The notes under the pieces were generated by a model. That model ran no database searches, was not told the DNA's origin, and was given only the letters and a program-made list of their open reading frames with translations. Below are positions 60,319 to 64,000 of a stretch of 64,000 nucleotides of DNA, one piece after another. Both the position numbers and the translations under genes were made by a program. Within the stretch, counting starts at the first letter, position 1; each line of letters begins with the position of its first letter. Origin of the DNA: Thermodesulfobacteriota bacterium (GTDB taxonomy: Bacteria > Desulfobacterota > Desulfobacteria > Desulfobacterales > C00003060); contig JAXHVD010000014.1 of NCBI GenBank assembly GCA_034189385.1, forward strand, positions 17,453 to 81,452, given 5' to 3'.

Positions 60319-60346
60319 AAGACTCGCGCTTTTCAAGGCAAGTAAC

Positions 60347-62470
60347 ATGGCACCATACAATGCAGCTCTCAAAGATTGCTGGAGAGTCCTGAAAAAGAGG
60401 AGCACTGTCTTCTTTTGCGTGGTCTTGTTCATGGCCCTTTTTAGTTTTCTCTTCGCCAAGTTTCGGGCACCGGTTCCAAGATACCAGGCCACGGCGTCAG
60501 TGAAGATCGAAAAAGTAAGCAATGTGGCAAACCTCCTTACCGATATGCTCACCTGGGGCCCTGGGGGCGATGTCCGCACACAAACCCACATCATTACGAG
60601 CTTTCCTGTTTTTATTGAGAGCGCAAAGCACCTCAGATGGCTCCCGAAAGAGCTCTCTGCCGAGGCAGTCCGGAACTCAAAAAAATACCTATCTGTTGTA
60701 GATAGGTTGAGCGCCATGGTCGAAACTGAGGCAGAGCCGAACACCAGCATCATCCACATTATGGCTACCTCTAAAGACCCAGAAGAGGCCGCCAGGATCG
60801 CAGACACGGTGGCAAGGGCCTACCGGAGTTTCAATATTCTGCAAAGAAACAGACAGACCCTGGAAATGCGAGATTTCATAGAGAAACAGCTAAGCGCGAC
60901 AGTAAGCCGACTGGAGACGGCCGAAAACGACCTGCGCTCTTTCAAAAAGAAACACGGGGTTATATCTTTGGATGCCCGCGCAGCCCAGATATTGAGTCAA
61001 CTCAGTGCGGCGGAATCGGAACTTGAACAGGTAAAAGGAGAAGTAGGGAAAATCTCTTCTCAGCTTAAGGGTGTGGAAGGAAAAAAGGTCACGCCGAAGA
61101 GCCTTGCCCAGGCGGTCTTTTCGACAGACCCGAATGCACCCCTTCGTCAGCTGGGCCCGGCTCTGAACGATTTGATTTTGAAAAGAACGGCTTTACTTGT
61201 GGATTTTACGGAAGACCACCCCAAAGTCAAAGAGATAGACAGCAAAATAGAGGGCCTATTGAATGAATTAAGGGCGCAGCTCACGTCGTACCTGAAGGCC
61301 TTGAAGCCTCGTGAACAGGACCTCCTTTCAAGGCTGGAACGGTTGCGAGAAGAAAGTCGTACGCTCCCTGACAACGCATTGCAGTTGACCAGGCTGGAAA
61401 GAGAAGTCAGGCTTTACGAAACGCTATGTGAGGAACTGAAGAGAAAGCATCAGGAGGTTCTGATTCAGGAGTCGGGAAGAATCGAGGAGGTTACCATCGT
61501 GCGGCCAGCCATAGTTCCCAGGCGGCCGGTGAACATTGGTTCCAGTGCTACAACTGTGGCCACCGGCGTGATCATAGGAATCGTCTTGGGAATCGTCTTG
61601 GCCTTTGTCATCGAGACGCTGGACACCTCCATAGGCACCATTGAAGACGTTGAGAGCCTCTTGCAGATTCCTGTTCTCGGCTTGATTCCCGCTGCAGAGA
61701 TAGAAGGAAAGCGCAAGAGGGAAGACAAACTAGACAAGGGGCCTCCAAAGGAGAGCAGGGGCCTCATCACCCGCTTTGAACCCACGTCCATTGTAGCTGA
61801 ATCATACCGATCACTGCGGACAAACCTTCAGTTCATGGATGTGGAAAGAGAAGGGAAATCCTTCCTTATCACGAGTGCTTCCCTTCAAGAAGGAAAAACC
61901 CTTAACGTGGTCAATCTGGCACTCACTATGGCCCAAGCTGGTGACAAGGTCCTTCTCATTGAAGGGGATCTAAAAAGACCCAAGATTGCCACCATGTTTG
62001 GCCTCCATGGGAGACCAGGTATAACAGACTATGTGCTCGGAAACTATGAATGGCAGGAGATTACCAATACGATAACAGATGTGATGCTGGGCGAGTTCGA
62101 AATAGAGGATATCCTGAAAACCCCGGGCCTGGATAACCTCAGTATCATGACTGCAGGGACAAGACCGCCCAACCCCTCAAAGATCTTGAGTTCTTCACGA
62201 TTCAACGAGTTCGTGAAGGAAGCCAGGACCAAGTACGACGTGGTTCTTCTTGACGCACCGCCTCTTCTCCCCTTCGCCGATGCCATAGAGATTGCAAAAA
62301 GAGCAGACGGCGTTATCCTCGTTTACGAAGTGGGAAAAAGATCCTTGGGGGCCCTCAAGCGTGCCAAGATGAGCCTGGACAATGCCAGTGCAAGGGTGTT
62401 GGGAGTCATCCTGAGCAACGTGAAGCCTGAAGCCTTTGCAGACATTGCTGATTACCATCGGCTACGATGA
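60347..62470 (+). CDS. polysaccharide co-polymerase / BY-kinase-like protein (Wzc/GumC type)
   Basis: Wzz-type N-terminus with TM helices around residues 20-40 and 400-425, and a coiled-coil periplasmic region. C-terminal P-loop ATPase (SLQEGKT, LLIEGDLKRP, VVLLDAPP). Confidence 0.85.
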   Translation: MAPYNAALKDCWRVLKKRSTVFFCVVLFMALFSFLFAKFRAPVPRYQATASVKIEKVSNVANLLTDMLTWGPGGDVRTQTHIITSFPVFIESAKHLRWLPKELSAEAVRNSKKYLSVVDRLSAMVETEAEPNTSIIHIMATSKDPEEAARIADTVARAYRSFNILQRNRQTLEMRDFIEKQLSATVSRLETAENDLRSFKKKHGVISLDARAAQILSQLSAAESELEQVKGEVGKISSQLKGVEGKKVTPKSLAQAVFSTDPNAPLRQLGPALNDLILKRTALLVDFTEDHPKVKEIDSKIEGLLNELRAQLTSYLKALKPREQDLLSRLERLREESRTLPDNALQLTRLEREVRLYETLCEELKRKHQEVLIQESGRIEEVTIVRPAIVPRRPVNIGSSATTVATGVIIGIVLGIVLAFVIETLDTSIGTIEDVESLLQIPVLGLIPAAEIEGKRKREDKLDKGPPKESRGLITRFEPTSIVAESYRSLRTNLQFMDVEREGKSFLITSASLQEGKTLNVVNLALTMAQAGDKVLLIEGDLKRPKIATMFGLHGRPGITDYVLGNYEWQEITNTITDVMLGEFEIEDILKTPGLDNLSIMTAGTRPPNPSKILSSSRFNEFVKEARTKYDVVLLDAPPLLPFADAIEIAKRADGVILVYEVGKRSLGALKRAKMSLDNASARVLGVILSNVKPEAFADIADYHRLR

Positions 62471-62527
62471 CGGCGAAGAGGAAGAGGGAAAAGGGGTTGG
62501 CTCCGTGAGCATTTGCGGGACAGGACA

Positions 62528-64000
62528 CTAGCTGCACTTTGAAAAGCCGCAGGAATGGCACACCTGACAGCCCCCTTCATGTTCCAGGACCCCTCCACAA
62601 TCAGGGCAGGTGCCCATCATGTTCCGCATCTCTGTGGTGCCCATGTTAGTGTGGCTTTTGATGACTTGAGCAATGGCATCGGGACAGGAAAGGACCATTT
62701 TACCGTTTTGCCAGATCGGTGACGGGCAACGGATGCCCGTGAGCTGCTTTACGATAGGCTCCACTTTCACTCCGCTGCGCAAGGCTAGGGATATGAGACG
62801 GCCTGCAGCCTCGATCTGGGAAGAGGCACACCCCCCGGTCTTTCCCATTTGCGCAAAGACCTCGCAAATCCCCTCATCGTCTTCGTTAATCGTCACATAC
62901 AGTTTCCCGCATCCAGTCGTGATCCGCTCTGTCACCCCTGTGGTCCTCACGGGCCGGGTCCGGGGAAGAATGGCTGCCGCCTTTTCCTTGTCTCTGCCAA
63001 TATTGAGCACCTGACGGCCACGACTGCCATAACGGTAAATGGTGACCCCCTTGCAACCCATGTCATAGGCAAGCCTGTAAACCTTCTCAATATCTTCAAA
63101 GGTCGCATCTTGCGGGAAATTGACGGTCTTTGATACAGCATTGTCGGTGTGTTTTTGAAAAGCCGCCTGGATGCGGATGTGCCATTCAGGTGCGATGTCA
63201 TGGGCCGTTACAAAGAGGCGCTTTATCTTGTCTGGGATTCCCTGGATACCCTTGATGGAGCCTGTCTGGGCAATCTGCCGGACCAATTCTTCACTATAGA
63301 ACCCCTCTTCTCTTGCCCTCTGCTCGAACAAGGGATGAATCTCGAAAAGGATTTCTCCGTCCAACACCTTGCGCTCATAAGCCACGGCAAAGATGGGCTC
63401 CACGCCACTTGAGCACCCCGCAATAATGCTAATCGTACCTGTAGGGGCGATGGTCGTTGTGGTGGCATTGCGCATATAGGGGGTCTTGGGATCATCAAAT
63501 ATACTTCCCTCATAGGTGGGAAAGTTTCCACGCTTCTTGGCCAAGGCACCAGATGCCTTCCTGGCCTCTCTGAGGACAAAGCCCATGACTTGCTCGGCCC
63601 GGCGCACAGCCGCGTTCGAATTATAGGGGATCCCCATATGGACGAGCATATCGGCAAATCCCATGACCCCCAGGCCGATTTTTCTGATCTTCTTGGTCAT
63701 GGTTTCAATCTGGCGCAGGGGATGCTTGTTGACCTCGATGACATTATCAAGGAAGTGAACGGCCATCCGAACAGTCTGCCTCAGTTTGGCCCTGTCCAGT
63801 CTTCCTTCAGTCACCATCCTACTCAGATTAATGGAGCCCAAGTTACACGATTCGTAAGGAAGAAGCGGTTGTTCACCACAAGGGTTGGTGGCCTCTATCT
63901 CGCCAAGATGGGGGGTAGGGTTGGCCCTGTTCATGTGGTCCAGAAAGATAATCCCTGGTTCGCCACTTTGCCAGGCCGCCTGCACAATTTGGTCAAAGAC
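62528..64000 (-). CDS. nrdJ: adenosylcobalamin-dependent (class II) ribonucleotide reductase, C-terminal part (5' end outside window)
   Basis: NPCGEQPL active-site motif, SNCNL-like CNLGSINL, and a C-terminal Cys-rich zinc-ribbon tail. The ORF is open to the window edge. Confidence 0.9.
   Translation of the reverse strand, partial: VFDQIVQAAWQSGEPGIIFLDHMNRANPTPHLGEIEATNPCGEQPLLPYESCNLGSINLSRMVTEGRLDRAKLRQTVRMAVHFLDNVIEVNKHPLRQIETMTKKIRKIGLGVMGFADMLVHMGIPYNSNAAVRRAEQVMGFVLREARKASGALAKKRGNFPTYEGSIFDDPKTPYMRNATTTTIAPTGTISIIAGCSSGVEPIFAVAYERKVLDGEILFEIHPLFEQRAREEGFYSEELVRQIAQTGSIKGIQGIPDKIKRLFVTAHDIAPEWHIRIQAAFQKHTDNAVSKTVNFPQDATFEDIEKVYRLAYDMGCKGVTIYRYGSRGRQVLNIGRDKEKAAAILPRTRPVRTTGVTERITTGCGKLYVTINEDDEGICEVFAQMGKTGGCASSQIEAAGRLISLALRSGVKVEPIVKQLTGIRCPSPIWQNGKMVLSCPDAIAQVIKSHTNMGTTEMRNMMGTCPDCGGVLEHEGGCQVCHSCGFSKCS

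Overview
Dense chromosomal window of mostly housekeeping and central-metabolism genes. Gene content suggests an anaerobic deltaproteobacterial (Desulfobacterota-type) genome; this is inference only. In order, the window holds: an SLC13-type permease; an atypical Opp/Dpp-like peptide ABC operon; a sugar-phosphate isomerase; a plant-type dapB coupled to glgC; holA-lgt-lspA-ileS; groES-groEL; hflKC; dciA; a DUF1015 gene; tRNA-Ser; a poorly coding 1.4-kb stretch followed by a PilZ gene; a liv branched-chain amino-acid ABC operon; tRNA-Thr; a complete classical menaquinone operon (menG-F-D-H-B-A-C-E plus a hotdog thioesterase); a TraB/GumN protein; a secreted glycosidase-like protein; a trehalose cluster (DUF5752-like, treT, otsB, otsA); an HD-GYP protein; an EPS-export locus (ExeA-like ATPase, FG-GAP/OPX fusion, Wzc-like co-polymerase); and the 3' part of class II ribonucleotide reductase. 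I found no CRISPR array, prophage, integrase, transposase, toxin-antitoxin pair or recognisable defence system, and no convincing new multi-gene system. The real unexplained signal is non-coding. At least four families of small non-autonomous repeat elements are present. One is a MITE with four copies, each flanked by a different 8-bp target-site duplication, and one of those copies carries a nested second element. The opp operon contains a 42-bp tandem repeat that appears to derive from the stop-codon region of the upstream permease gene. A 31-codon bS22-like ORF lies below the ORF-track cutoff. Start codons are often ambiguous, partly because the repeat elements create false N-terminal extensions. 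All product calls come from motif recognition by eye, not database searches.
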